Below, piece by piece: positions 25,175 to 35,338 of a DNA stretch of 64,000 nucleotides. Numbering within the stretch: position 1 is the stretch's first letter; every line of letters starts with the position of its first letter. This DNA is from Oceanispirochaeta sp. (GTDB lineage: Bacteria > Spirochaetota > Spirochaetia > DSM-2461): assembly GCA_963663385.2 (NCBI GenBank), contig CAXXXD010000004.1, positions 288,001 through 352,000 of the forward strand, written 5' to 3'. Both the position numbers and the translations under genes were made by a program. The notes under the pieces were generated by a model. The model saw nothing but the letters and a program-made list of their open reading frames with translations. It was not told the origin of the DNA and did no database searches.

Positions 25175-25690
25175 ATGGTGGAAAGAAGTACCGGGGAAGA
25201 GATCTTCGACCGGGTAGACAGGGACGACCGGGTTATCGGAAAAGTGTTAAGGAGCGAGGCCCATGGCAATCCGGATCTGATACACCGGGTGGCTCATGTG
25301 CTTGTATTTGATTCATCGGGGGAGCTCTTTCTGCAGAAGCGGGGAAAGCATAAGGATGTGCAGCCTGGTAAGTGGGATACCTCCGTAGGGGGGCATGTGG
25401 ACGCAGGGGAATCCTATGATGCCGCAGCTCTGCGGGAGATGCGGGAAGAGCTGGGAATCGATGGCGCTGCCGTGGAATTTCTGTATAAATACCTTCATCG
25501 GAATGAGTATGAGTCGGAATACGTCTGTACCTACCGCTGCATCTGGGACGGCCCGATAGAGATTCATCCGGATGAGATTGACGAAGGACGCTTCTGGACC
25601 CTGAAGAGTATCCGCAGCAGCAGCCCCGATCACTTCACACCCAATTTTCTGGATGAACTGGAACGGTTCAGTCAATTCTCCCAGTTCTAG
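25175..25690 (+). CDS. NUDIX hydrolase (IDI-like/YfcD-like)
   Basis: GGHVDAGESYDAAALREMREELG Nudix box. Confidence 0.88.
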   Translation: MVERSTGEEIFDRVDRDDRVIGKVLRSEAHGNPDLIHRVAHVLVFDSSGELFLQKRGKHKDVQPGKWDTSVGGHVDAGESYDAAALREMREELGIDGAAVEFLYKYLHRNEYESEYVCTYRCIWDGPIEIHPDEIDEGRFWTLKSIRSSSPDHFTPNFLDELERFSQFSQF

Positions 25691-25719
25691 GAGCCAGAAA
25701 AAAACCGCCCTCCTCAGTA

Positions 25720-25738
25720 CCCCGAGCGTAGTCGAGGG
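25720..25738. repeat. REP-like element copy 2, inside a terminator-like hairpin
   Basis: Identical to 9402-9420; flanked by ACCGCCCTCCTC / GAGGGGGCGGT. Confidence 0.6.
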
Positions 25739-25777
25739 GGGAGGGGGCGGTCCGATTATCAAGCTGAAAAGCTTAAA

Positions 25778-27667
25778 TTAACCTTTGTAGTCACCGGGTT
25801 TGATTTCATCACCGTATTTTTCTTTAACGGCTTTGTATTTGGCAATAGCTGCATCCCAGTATTCGTTCAGCTCTGCAGGTACGTTGCTGTCTTTGCTGGC
25901 AAAGAATTTTTTGGTTCTTTCCAGTTTCTCGATCAGTTTGGTACAGCGGAAGGTGAACAGGTAGGTATATTTCTCTTCGTTGAATCCTTCGTTGGGGAGG
26001 AACTCATCGAAAAGGGCCTGCAGGTCTTCGTACTTGGGGATTTTACCGGAGGGAGTATCGATGGCATCGAATTCGCCGTGGATTCTTCCTTCTGCCCAGT
26101 GTACCCATACTTTCTTGGCCAGCTTGCTGGTCATGAACTCACCCTTGGGACCTCTCATAAAGTAGTTGGTGGAGTAAACCCTGGGTTCTTCTTTCATACC
26201 TTCTACGAACTTGATGTTATTCATGGTGTACTCACCCAGAGGGTAGGATACAAAGTCCATGTTGGCCATGGGAGAAGCAGCTCTTACACCTTCAGCGCCC
26301 AGGGTCGCCGCAGTGGTTTCAGATTCCAGGGTACAGGCTTTCAGCAGGATACCGTCTTTCCATGAGGGAGACTCTTCAACGGGAACGGAAGTATCGCTGT
26401 CACGTCCGCCATAGAGAACACCGGAAACCTTGACACCTTCCTTGGCTTCAAAACCTTCTTTGTCATAGTTTTCCAGGTAATCCAGTCTCATGGTGTACCG
26501 TGAGTTGGGGTGAGCAACGGGAACAACATTACCTTTGTCGTCTTTCATGCCTTCAGTCCATTCTCCGATGTGGTTCAGACCGGATTTGGGAGCCTCAACT
26601 CCCTGACCGAGCCAGTACGGCATTTTGTCGGGACCCTGCAGGATATTGGAGAAGATAACTTCCTGGTTTTTCATACAGTTTTCGAAAATTACGGGATCGT
26701 CTTCTGCGTTAACGTCTTTGATGATACCGAAGATTCCCTGCTCAACGTTTACAGCGCGGAATTCGCCGTCGATTTTGCGGGCATAGATGATATCGTCACC
26801 AACAATCTGTTCGCCGGGGATCATGGCTGTAGCGGTTTTACCACAGGCTGAGGGGTAGGCACCGGAGAAATAGGTTTTTCTTCCGCCCTTTCCGTTACAG
26901 GCCATCAGGAACATGTGCTCACAGAGCCATCCTTCTTCTCCGGCTTTGTTGATAGCCAGTCTCATAGCGTGTTTTTTCAAACCGATGGAGTTACCGGCAT
27001 ACTGGTCATTCATGGAGTAAACGATATTATTCTGGGTATCCATGTAGATCCGTCTCTTATCCAGTTTTACGGTACATCCTCTCTCGTCCAGGGGACCTGC
27101 AGAATGGATGAAACGGAAAAAGTCTTCGCAGCCGGGGTTGTTCAGGAAGTGCTTGTATCCGGCTCTGTAAAGAATGGCTTCGGAATGACATACGTAGGAA
27201 GAGTCCGTAAACTGGATACAGGGTACGGTAAAAGGACTTTCAGCAGGTCCTTCTGTGAAGAATTTCACATAAGTTTCTTTTCCTTCCATATTACCTTTGG
27301 CGATTTCCATTATTTCTTCAAGAGCTTCGTCGTAGGGAAGGGAGTTCATGGCTTTCATTTTTTCCATGTTCTCGGGGTAAACCATGTATCTTGTGTTTAC
27401 CTTGTCACGGGCCTGATCGCCGTAGCCGTCCCAGTGGATGGTCTGTTCAGAGTTTGCCATAGGGAATTCTTCCCCATTCTTAAGTGCGGCAGCTTTGACA
27501 TATTCTTCGTCTTCCTTGCTGTCATCACAAACATAGATAGAGGCGGGGTTACAGTGTTCTGCAAAAGAACCAATAAATTCCATAACCTTTTCATTTTTGA
27601 GGGCTTCCAGTTTTGCAAAACTGGACTCGTTCATTTTGCTTTTCAGCAGATCTGTATACTTGGACAT
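25778..27667 (-). CDS. pckG: Phosphoenolpyruvate carboxykinase (GTP)
   Basis: YAGNSIGLKK, WLCEHM, AYPSACGKT, VGDDI, HPNSRY. AGGAG RBS before 27667. Confidence 0.93.
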   Translation of the reverse strand: MSKYTDLLKSKMNESSFAKLEALKNEKVMEFIGSFAEHCNPASIYVCDDSKEDEEYVKAAALKNGEEFPMANSEQTIHWDGYGDQARDKVNTRYMVYPENMEKMKAMNSLPYDEALEEIMEIAKGNMEGKETYVKFFTEGPAESPFTVPCIQFTDSSYVCHSEAILYRAGYKHFLNNPGCEDFFRFIHSAGPLDERGCTVKLDKRRIYMDTQNNIVYSMNDQYAGNSIGLKKHAMRLAINKAGEEGWLCEHMFLMACNGKGGRKTYFSGAYPSACGKTATAMIPGEQIVGDDIIYARKIDGEFRAVNVEQGIFGIIKDVNAEDDPVIFENCMKNQEVIFSNILQGPDKMPYWLGQGVEAPKSGLNHIGEWTEGMKDDKGNVVPVAHPNSRYTMRLDYLENYDKEGFEAKEGVKVSGVLYGGRDSDTSVPVEESPSWKDGILLKACTLESETTAATLGAEGVRAASPMANMDFVSYPLGEYTMNNIKFVEGMKEEPRVYSTNYFMRGPKGEFMTSKLAKKVWVHWAEGRIHGEFDAIDTPSGKIPKYEDLQALFDEFLPNEGFNEEKYTYLFTFRCTKLIEKLERTKKFFASKDSNVPAELNEYWDAAIAKYKAVKEKYGDEIKPGDYKG

Positions 27668-27916
27668 TTCAACTCCTTGAAATTTAAAAAATCCTAATAT
27701 CCCTTTTGTCAGGGAAAAAGCACATTCCCGGTATTTAAATAGTATTTGTGTCAAAAAATCAATTAACAACCATTTGGGGAAATGTGGATTAAATAATATG
27801 ATAGAACCAAATGGAGAGTCAATGAACTGGGTATTTTGATCGATGAATAATTCAGTCTTTTTTTACCCATATCATTTTTTTTCAGATGGAAATCCGATTA
27901 ATAATAGGAATATGCT

Positions 27917-29086
27917 ATGAAATTACCATCGGTTATACGAACCAGGCCCTTTTCCGATTCCTGGTTCTGTTCCAGGTATCAGGTCTCTCCCTACCGGGGA
28001 TGCCGGCACGGCTGTCTGTACTGTGACGGGAGGGCGGAGAAGTATTACGTAGAGGGTTCATTTGATCAGGATATTACCTCACGGGATGATCTGCCCGGCA
28101 GGCTGACCTCGGATATCCGTAAACTAAGGGAAAGAGGGTATGTGTCTCTTGGATCCGGGGTTACCGATGCATATCAGCCTCTCGAAGCGGAGAAAGAGCT
28201 GACCAGGCAAATTGCGTCCATTCTACTGGAATACCGGATTCCTGCGGTTGTACTTACCAAATCCGTACTGGCTCTGCGGGATCTGGACCTCTGGTCCGAG
28301 TTGAGTCGTACTTCGTCATTTCATCTGCTGGTTTCATTTTCAACTCTGAATGAAGAGATTCGGAAGGTTGTCGAACCAAATGCCTCCTCTGTTAATGAGC
28401 GTCTGGATATGATCCGGAGGTTTCGGGACGCCTGTTGTCCTGTCAGTGTTCTGGCTATGCCCCTCCTTCCCGGGATCAGTGACACGGGAGAGGACAGTCC
28501 TCTCAACTTTCCCGAATCTGTCAGGCCGGATTGTATAATGCCCTCTACACTCACTTTAAGGCCCGGCCGGCAGAAAGACCTTTTTCTGGACTGCATCCGG
28601 AAGAACTTTCCGGAGAAACTTCCCCTTTACAAGGACCTGTACAGGGAAAACAGAGCCTCCGGATCGCCTCTTGATAAATACTGCGACTCTCTTTATAGAG
28701 AGACTTCCCGGATCCTTCTGAAAAAGGGAATTCCTCCCATGATTCCGCATCGAATCTGGAAGGGGCATGTTTCTCTGGCTGATGAGATATCCTTTCTTCT
28801 TGCTCATATGGATGTCCTTTATTCCATGCGGAAGGTGGATACAAAGGCATTGAAAAAAGCTCTTCTCTCTTATGAAGCCTGGATTAAAACTATAAGAACC
28901 GATTTTAACCGGAGGCGCTCCCTGAGCAGGGAGTATCTGGATGATCTGATTTTAATGTACAGCCGGAACGGTTCTCTCTCTGATCTTTTCGGTAATGAGA
29001 AACTGGGGCAGTTTTTCAGGGACGTCCTTGAAAAGGGGATGATCCTGGATTATATAAATTGCCGTTTGGATCAGAACTCTCAATAG
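27917..29086 (+). CDS. Radical SAM protein (SPL/Rv2578c-like)
   Basis: PYRGCRHGCLYC, TDAYQPLE, LTKS. Confidence 0.85.
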   Translation: MKLPSVIRTRPFSDSWFCSRYQVSPYRGCRHGCLYCDGRAEKYYVEGSFDQDITSRDDLPGRLTSDIRKLRERGYVSLGSGVTDAYQPLEAEKELTRQIASILLEYRIPAVVLTKSVLALRDLDLWSELSRTSSFHLLVSFSTLNEEIRKVVEPNASSVNERLDMIRRFRDACCPVSVLAMPLLPGISDTGEDSPLNFPESVRPDCIMPSTLTLRPGRQKDLFLDCIRKNFPEKLPLYKDLYRENRASGSPLDKYCDSLYRETSRILLKKGIPPMIPHRIWKGHVSLADEISFLLAHMDVLYSMRKVDTKALKKALLSYEAWIKTIRTDFNRRRSLSREYLDDLILMYSRNGSLSDLFGNEKLGQFFRDVLEKGMILDYINCRLDQNSQ

Positions 29087-29382
29087 GTCTGATGTTTACT
29101 GCTCTTGTCCATATGAAGAGGGACCCACCAGGAATATCCCAGGAGTATCGTCAGTACTGCTATCTGACTGGCGGTGTATTCGTTACACTGGGGCATCTTG
29201 CGGGAAACAAATACAAACTGGAGGATATGCGAAAGCAGAAATAATCCCAGTATCATCAGGTAAGCAATGTTCGGGGAGTTTAAGTTGCAGTAAATTAAAA
29301 GAATCCATGTAGCTAGAACGGCAAACTGATTCAGTTTCCAGAAAATATTCTCATGAAATAACGGCATGTAATATTGCTCCAC
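29080..29382 (-). CDS. Small hypothetical membrane protein
   Basis: 100-aa ORF with three hydrophobic stretches filling an intergenic gap. Confidence 0.4.
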   Translation of the reverse strand: MEQYYMPLFHENIFWKLNQFAVLATWILLIYCNLNSPNIAYLMILGLFLLSHILQFVFVSRKMPQCNEYTASQIAVLTILLGYSWWVPLHMDKSSKHQTY

Positions 29383-29470
29383 TGAACTATATTATGAGGC
29401 ATCAGCTGTTCGACCTCAAAGGAGTAAATACGAATGTTTTGTGAAGATTTCAGGAAGGGGATCTTAAAAA

Positions 29471-30538
29471 TCAGCTATCTTTAATAAATGTGCAGCTGTT
29501 AATCTTAAATCCAATTCCTTCATCCTGTTTGAAATCATCAGAGGTATGGGTCTGAACTTTTAATGTGATATCTTCCGCCTTTACGGTATAAAGGTAGTGA
29601 TTCCCTTTATATAGACGGGATACGATTGTTCCTTTCTGCAGCCCCTCCGAACCGTTTCCTTTTGCCAGGCTTATATTCTCTGGACGAATGATACAGAGAA
29701 CCTGTTCATTCGGGAATCCCGCGCTTTCCGGTATGTTCAGCTTCATCCTCTTGTCACTGCAGAATGAGATGGAGTCTCCATTCTCCACTATCCGGCCTTT
29801 CAGGATGTTTTTCACACCCATGAACTCTGCGGCAAAAGCGCTCTCCGGGTGTCCGTAGATCCGGGTGGGAGAACCCGACTGTATGATTTGTCCTTCGTTC
29901 ATAAGTATAATTCTGTCACTCATGGCCATGGCTTCGGTCTGGTCATGAGTGACATGGATAATCGTAAGGTCCAGGGCTTTCTGTATGGTCCTTATCTCTT
30001 CCTGCATCTCCTCTCTTAATCTGGCATCGAGATTGGAGAGGGGTTCGTCCAGGAGCAGAAGGTCCGGGTTCATGATCAAAGCCCGTCCAAGCGCAACCCG
30101 CTGCTGTTCTCCTCCGCTTAGCTGACCGGGATAGCGGCTTCCCTTTTCTCTCAGGCGAACCAGCTCTAAAATCCGGTTCACCTCCTGTCGTATAAAAGCC
30201 CTGTTTCTTTTATGCATTTTCAGGGGAAACGCCAGATTCTTTTCTACTGTCATATGGGGCCATAATGCATAGTTCTGAAATACCATACCGATATTCCTTG
30301 ATTCCGGCGGCTCATAGAGACCGTTCTCCGGGTCATTCAGCAAATTGCCGTTCAGTTCGATCACACCGCTGTCCGGTGTCTCAATCCCAGCAATGCAGGC
30401 CAATAGAGTGCTTTTCCCGCAGCCGCTCGGACCGAGTATGGCAAGAAGTTCACCCCTCTTTACTGTGAAGCTTGTGCCGTTCAGAGCTGTCACCCTTCCA
30501 TAGGTTTTTTTTGTATTCTTTATTATCAGCTGGTTCAT
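29471..30538 (-). CDS. ABC transporter ATP-binding protein (FbpC/PotA-like)
   Basis: [23 protein letters not shown]. Real start at 30538 overlaps the permease stop. Confidence 0.92.
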   Translation of the reverse strand: MNQLIIKNTKKTYGRVTALNGTSFTVKRGELLAILGPSGCGKSTLLACIAGIETPDSGVIELNGNLLNDPENGLYEPPESRNIGMVFQNYALWPHMTVEKNLAFPLKMHKRNRAFIRQEVNRILELVRLREKGSRYPGQLSGGEQQRVALGRALIMNPDLLLLDEPLSNLDARLREEMQEEIRTIQKALDLTIIHVTHDQTEAMAMSDRIILMNEGQIIQSGSPTRIYGHPESAFAAEFMGVKNILKGRIVENGDSISFCSDKRMKLNIPESAGFPNEQVLCIIRPENISLAKGNGSEGLQKGTIVSRLYKGNHYLYTVKAEDITLKVQTHTSDDFKQDEGIGFKINSCTFIKDS

Positions 30539-32169
30539 TGCTTTTTCCTTGTCCTTTGAAGCAGGTTTCCTCCGAGAATCAGGAGGATAACGATGATTGC
30601 CAGGGCCGAAGTCATTTCCAGACCGTAAGACTGAGACTGCATTCCGAAGAGCAGAACGCCGACGGTTTCCTGACCGGAGGAGTACAGCATCAGCGATATG
30701 GGGATCTCCCTCAGGGCAATCATCAGACAGATTAAAAATCCTGCTTTGTAGCCGGGGGCAAGCAGGGGGAGCAGTATCCTGAAAAACGTATCGATCTTTG
30801 ATGCCCCGGCAGTTCTGGCCGCATACAGAATATCCCGGCTTTGGGTGGCCAGAAGACCTGAAACCTGTTTCATCACAAGAGGAGTAAACAGCACTGTATA
30901 GGTAATAATAATGGCCATGGGTGTACCGTAGAATTTCAGGGGGGGGCGGTTCCAGGCAAAAATGGCCGCTATGGCCAGAACCGTATTGGGAATAGCCATG
31001 GGCCAGGTCGCTGCCGCTTCCATTATCCGGCTGGGCAGGGAGGGCTGATACTGCCGCATAAGCAGGGCTCCGGTACCGACTGCAGACGCAAGAAGCGCGG
31101 CTGATCCACCGAAGAACAGACTGTTTGCAAAAGCCCGAAGAGCCTTCCCGGAGCCGAACAGAAGCGCCCTGTAATTGTTCAGAGTCAGATACCGCCATTG
31201 TAAAGGCAGTCCCCACCGGAGCAGCAGGGAAGAGAGAAACATGGACAGGATCGGTATCAGACAGGCCAGTGTATAAAACAGAGCAATGCCGACCAGTAAG
31301 GGATACTTCTTTTTCCCCAGAATATTGATGATTTTGGATCTTCCGCCGGATTGAAGGATCCGTTCCTTGTGAAGGATTATTCCCTGAATGCCATGCAGCC
31401 CTGTGGATATGGCAACAAGAAGAAGGGAGAGGGCGGCCGCATCCCCCGTTCGGAGGCTGCTCAGGGCTGAATAGATACCGGTCGGGAGAGTATTGATTCC
31501 CACAGGCAGGCAGAGAAGGGCCGGGACCGCGAAATTCGCAATTGTTCTGGAAAATACCAGAAAACCTGTTGAAAACAGGCTAGGGAGTATCAATGGCAGA
31601 GTTACCGTAACAAAGGCCCGGCTTTGAGTCGCTCCCGACAGAAGGGCTGCTTTTTCAAGGTCCGGGGGTACTTTTTCAAGGGCATTCCTCAGTGAGAGAA
31701 ACATTAATGGGTAGAGGTGGAGGGTCATTACAATAATCACAGCCCGGATCGAGTAGGGGTTGGGGTGAAATGATCCGTTCGGGACCAGGATACGCACAAT
31801 CCGTTCCAGATAACCGTTTCTGCCGAATATCTGCATCCAGGAGAGCGCCAGGATATACGGAGGAATTGTAAAGGAGATAAAGGTGAAAAACTCGATTACT
31901 CCTTTGAATGGAAAATCGGTTTTGACCACCAGCCAGGCCAGTATCCCTCCCAGAACAGAGGATAAAACAAAAACCCCTACAGCTATTTCCAGTGAAGTCT
32001 GAAGGCTTCGGAAGGTATCGGCGGCTCTGAGAATGTCCAGAACCCTGTTCTGCCCCCTGGCAAACAGAAGCAGAGGCGGATAGACATAGAACAGAAGCAG
32101 AGAGCATCCGAGAAGGAGAATCCCTCCCCGGATGGCAAATTCAGTTGAAGAGCTTTTTGAAACTGTCAT
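30535..32169 (-). CDS. ABC transporter permease (FbpB-like, duplicated)
   Basis: Two EAA-like motifs (LEKAALLSGA, ILYAARTAGA) and many TM segments. Confidence 0.9.
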   Translation of the reverse strand: MTVSKSSSTEFAIRGGILLLGCSLLLFYVYPPLLLFARGQNRVLDILRAADTFRSLQTSLEIAVGVFVLSSVLGGILAWLVVKTDFPFKGVIEFFTFISFTIPPYILALSWMQIFGRNGYLERIVRILVPNGSFHPNPYSIRAVIIVMTLHLYPLMFLSLRNALEKVPPDLEKAALLSGATQSRAFVTVTLPLILPSLFSTGFLVFSRTIANFAVPALLCLPVGINTLPTGIYSALSSLRTGDAAALSLLLVAISTGLHGIQGIILHKERILQSGGRSKIINILGKKKYPLLVGIALFYTLACLIPILSMFLSSLLLRWGLPLQWRYLTLNNYRALLFGSGKALRAFANSLFFGGSAALLASAVGTGALLMRQYQPSLPSRIMEAAATWPMAIPNTVLAIAAIFAWNRPPLKFYGTPMAIIITYTVLFTPLVMKQVSGLLATQSRDILYAARTAGASKIDTFFRILLPLLAPGYKAGFLICLMIALREIPISLMLYSSGQETVGVLLFGMQSQSYGLEMTSALAIIVILLILGGNLLQRTRKKQ

Positions 32170-33181
32170 TTATGGAGTCTTGTTTCTCAGCCAGGTCTTC
32201 CCAGTCTACAAACCTGATGGACAGGTCACCGGGAATCCCTGCCGTTTTCTCAGCATCTTTCCTCACACTGACAAATCCGAACAGGGTCGTTATTGTCTGT
32301 GCTTTCGGGGATATCATAAAGTCAACAAACTCTTCTGCCAGTCGCCGGTTGGTTTCAGGGCGGGCCGCATTATTGCTGATGGCAATGGGTCTTTGTATGG
32401 CTACTGCCCCTTCTGTGGGCCAGCAGATGGCCAGGGGAGTCGGATACCCCTCTTTTCTTGCCTTCTTCTGAAGTCTCAGAACGGCATCATGCGGTGCAAT
32501 CCCCGCATCGAATTCTCCTTCCTGTATTTTTGAGGGAACATCACTGTTCTTCTTTGTCAGCAGCAGTCCGTTTCTCTGAAGTTCCCTGTGAAAAGCACCG
32601 GCTTCCCCATTCAGCTCCCACAGGCCGGCAATAAGAGCCAGTGCCGTTGAGGACTGGGCCGGATCGGCATGGGCTATGGCATTCCTGTAAGTGTCCGACA
32701 GGATATCGTTAAAACCTGTCGGAACGGCTCCCCTGACTGTATCCTTATTGTATATAACAACCCCGTAACGTTCGTTTACCAGAGTAAAATTCCCCGTCTG
32801 CTGAAAACGGTCCCTCAGCATGTCCGAGTCCGCCGGTTTGTAGGGGTAAAGGGCTCCTGCCTCATCCAGTTTGAGATAGATCAGGGGATCGGATCCCCAG
32901 AACACATCTGCATTGATCGAACCGGCTTCCCACTCTGTCCAGACCCTCTGTCTGAGAGGACCGCATCCCATAGGCACGAATTCCAGAACATCACCACGAT
33001 CTTCTTCAAAGGTCTGTTCCAGCTTCTCCAGCATAGCAGCCGGACCGGAAAGGTATACGGTAATCTTCCCTTCTTCACCGGTATAGACAGGTTCGCTCTC
33101 CTGTACCCCTCCGGCAGACAGGGGGGCGATTCCAATAAGGATGAAAGCGATATAGATGGTTAGGGCGCTTCTTCTGAACAT
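32141..33181 (-). CDS. ABC transporter substrate-binding protein (Fe3+/AfuA-like family)
   Basis: Signal peptide, ADVFWG, ADPAQSST, AEEFVDFMIS. Confidence 0.85.
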   Translation of the reverse strand: MFRRSALTIYIAFILIGIAPLSAGGVQESEPVYTGEEGKITVYLSGPAAMLEKLEQTFEEDRGDVLEFVPMGCGPLRQRVWTEWEAGSINADVFWGSDPLIYLKLDEAGALYPYKPADSDMLRDRFQQTGNFTLVNERYGVVIYNKDTVRGAVPTGFNDILSDTYRNAIAHADPAQSSTALALIAGLWELNGEAGAFHRELQRNGLLLTKKNSDVPSKIQEGEFDAGIAPHDAVLRLQKKARKEGYPTPLAICWPTEGAVAIQRPIAISNNAARPETNRRLAEEFVDFMISPKAQTITTLFGFVSVRKDAEKTAGIPGDLSIRFVDWEDLAEKQDSINDSFKKLFN

Positions 33182-33194
33182 ATAAATCTCCTTG

Positions 33195-33210
33195 GTTAAT
33201 ATATATTAAC
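33195..33210. promoter_or_regulatory. Palindromic operator GTTAATATATATTAAC
   Basis: Perfect 16-bp palindrome just upstream of the binding-protein RBS; a related site is at 37821-37836. Confidence 0.55.
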
Positions 33211-33278
33211 TAGTAATTTCGAATAATATTAGAAGAAGCTAATAATGTCAATTTCCACCCATACGGTTATTTCTCTGT

Positions 33279-34541
33279 TTAGAAACTGAAAACTCCCTTC
33301 ACCCAAAGAGATGACAGGTCTTTCAGCTGACCGAAGTTTCCTTCTCTATCGGAGCCGGGAAAATACAGATCGCTGCCCATGGCAATTTTCAGGTCATCCC
33401 TCACGGCATACTCCGCATTTACTGAGTGACAACTGTCGAATTCGTTAAGCCCGGCCATAAAAAACCAGGACAGTTGCAGTGTTTCCTGCAGGAGATTCTT
33501 CGAAATACTGATCGTTGCCTGCCGGTTTCTCTCTTCCCGGTTTACAGTTTTTTCGTAATCCATCAGAATATCCTCTGCATACTGGGTGGTCAGGGTCCAG
33601 CCGCCCCATGGATTCCAGTCCAGACCGGCCAGAACCTGTAGATGATCCTTTGCCAGCCAGTGTTCACCGGGATCCTTCCGCAGAAACCTGCATCCCGTCG
33701 TCCAGGCTCCCTCGGTACGGATTATAAATGTTCCGACAGGAATGGCTGCATCCACACCATACATCCAGATCCTGTAGTATTCGGGATCAAGCAGGATTGT
33801 ACCGGTTTCATCCATCTCAAGCTGGTATTCCGGATCGTCATTCCAGCCGGAAAAACAGGAGAGGGATAGATCCAGAGCGGGAAGAAACAGGCTTAACCGG
33901 ACTCCGAATTCACTCTCATCCAGAGAGGGGAATGCATTCCCTGCCTGTATCTCATAGTTTACAGACATCTCCCCCGAACCGGTATCCAGGGTTGAAGGAA
34001 AATAGAGTTCTGTCAGGGGATTCTCCGGATCGACAGGATACGCAGATGGAACAAAGAGAGGAATCCAAAGGGTTTCCAGTGTGTAGGATAAACCGAATAC
34101 ACGGGCTTTCAGGGCCGTAACCGGAAGACGGGAGTCCTCGTAGTCCAGGGCGATAAACTCTGTTTTATTTTTGGGACAGATGATGTCGGTGATCTGTATT
34201 CCGTCGGCCTTCCCCCAGGACAGGATCTGCCGTCCTCCGCGGATGTCAAAGTTTTCGCCGGCGAATTCCATAAATACCTCGTTAAAATCCAGCCCGGTTT
34301 CGGATGGTATCAGTTCATTGTATACACCCTTGAAGTCCGCCTTGAAATAAATTTCTCCCGCATACCCTTCCAGTTTGGGATTCAGTCTGGTGCGGCAGGC
34401 CGTCAGACGGGCGGAATCCCGGATGCCCGAGGCAATCAGGATGTCCGAGGATCCGCCGAAATCCACTTCTGCCTCTCCCCACAGAGGATTCCATAATAGA
34501 AGGAGGAACAGGAGGTAGATTAAAAGTATAGGGGATCTCAC
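33279..34541 (-). CDS. Outer-membrane beta-barrel protein (DUF1302-like)
   Basis: Signal peptide, GRQILSWGKAD motif, C-terminal Phe; typical partner of MMPL and LolA-like genes. Confidence 0.7.
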   Translation of the reverse strand: MRSPILLIYLLFLLLLWNPLWGEAEVDFGGSSDILIASGIRDSARLTACRTRLNPKLEGYAGEIYFKADFKGVYNELIPSETGLDFNEVFMEFAGENFDIRGGRQILSWGKADGIQITDIICPKNKTEFIALDYEDSRLPVTALKARVFGLSYTLETLWIPLFVPSAYPVDPENPLTELYFPSTLDTGSGEMSVNYEIQAGNAFPSLDESEFGVRLSLFLPALDLSLSCFSGWNDDPEYQLEMDETGTILLDPEYYRIWMYGVDAAIPVGTFIIRTEGAWTTGCRFLRKDPGEHWLAKDHLQVLAGLDWNPWGGWTLTTQYAEDILMDYEKTVNREERNRQATISISKNLLQETLQLSWFFMAGLNEFDSCHSVNAEYAVRDDLKIAMGSDLYFPGSDREGNFGQLKDLSSLWVKGVFSF

Positions 34542-35338
34542 TGTATTCGTCCCCTTTCCAGAGTGGCCACGCTGAAAAAGTTATCCTGTACCGCCAGGTT
34601 ATACTGAATTTCCGAGAATTCGAGTATGGTGGTATGATTTTTCTGAATGTTCTCCATTTGCATTTTTCCGGCGGTCCAGATTCCGTCAATCCGGTTGATT
34701 TCAGACATAATCAGGGTTTTCATAAATTCCCCCTGCCTGTCATAGTATTCCACTCTGACCGGCATATAGATATCCTTCCGGATCCAGGTGATACGTTTTG
34801 AATACATATCTTTTCTGTCCAGAGGAATAGACTCGATAATCCAGCAATCCTGCCCGTCCAGCCTCTCATCGCCGTTTAAGGTATGGCTGTCTTCACTGAC
34901 TTTTCGATCTCCCATATCATCGTAGGTAAAATCGGTACCCATAAAGTAATCGTTTCTGGAAGATCCGGAGATTCTCCTGGATCGCTTCAAGGCGGGAAGA
35001 AAAAGCCATGTGTCATCATCCTTGTCCGAATCGTAGGAGTAGGACAGGTATCCGACTCCTTCCACATCCGCGGGCTGACGGAAAACCATAACGGTTTTTT
35101 CATTCTCCCCATAGTCCTTTGAGTAGGAGAGAAGTTCCCTGACCCTTGTGGTCCCCCTGTTGTTGATCAGCTGAATCGTTGTAATCTGCCGGCTGCTGTC
35201 CCCATCATAACGTTCATCAGCCCGGGTCATGATCTCTTTGCCGGTCAGTGTTTCCGCTGCAGTCTGCAGGGGGAAAAGGCTCATTATCCCCGCAGCCAGC
35301 AGAATCTGCCATCCCCAGTTTGTGCTGTGTTTTTTCAT
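34538..35338 (-). CDS. Outer membrane lipoprotein-sorting (LolA-like) protein
   Basis: WLFLPALKRSRRI, FMGTDFTYDD motifs. Confidence 0.85.
   Translation of the reverse strand: MKKHSTNWGWQILLAAGIMSLFPLQTAAETLTGKEIMTRADERYDGDSSRQITTIQLINNRGTTRVRELLSYSKDYGENEKTVMVFRQPADVEGVGYLSYSYDSDKDDDTWLFLPALKRSRRISGSSRNDYFMGTDFTYDDMGDRKVSEDSHTLNGDERLDGQDCWIIESIPLDRKDMYSKRITWIRKDIYMPVRVEYYDRQGEFMKTLIMSEINRIDGIWTAGKMQMENIQKNHTTILEFSEIQYNLAVQDNFFSVATLERGRIQ

Noticed and set aside
30539..31216. N-terminal extension of the 581-aa ABC ATPase ORF
   Set aside because: It overlaps the permease in another frame; the true start is the ATG at 30538.
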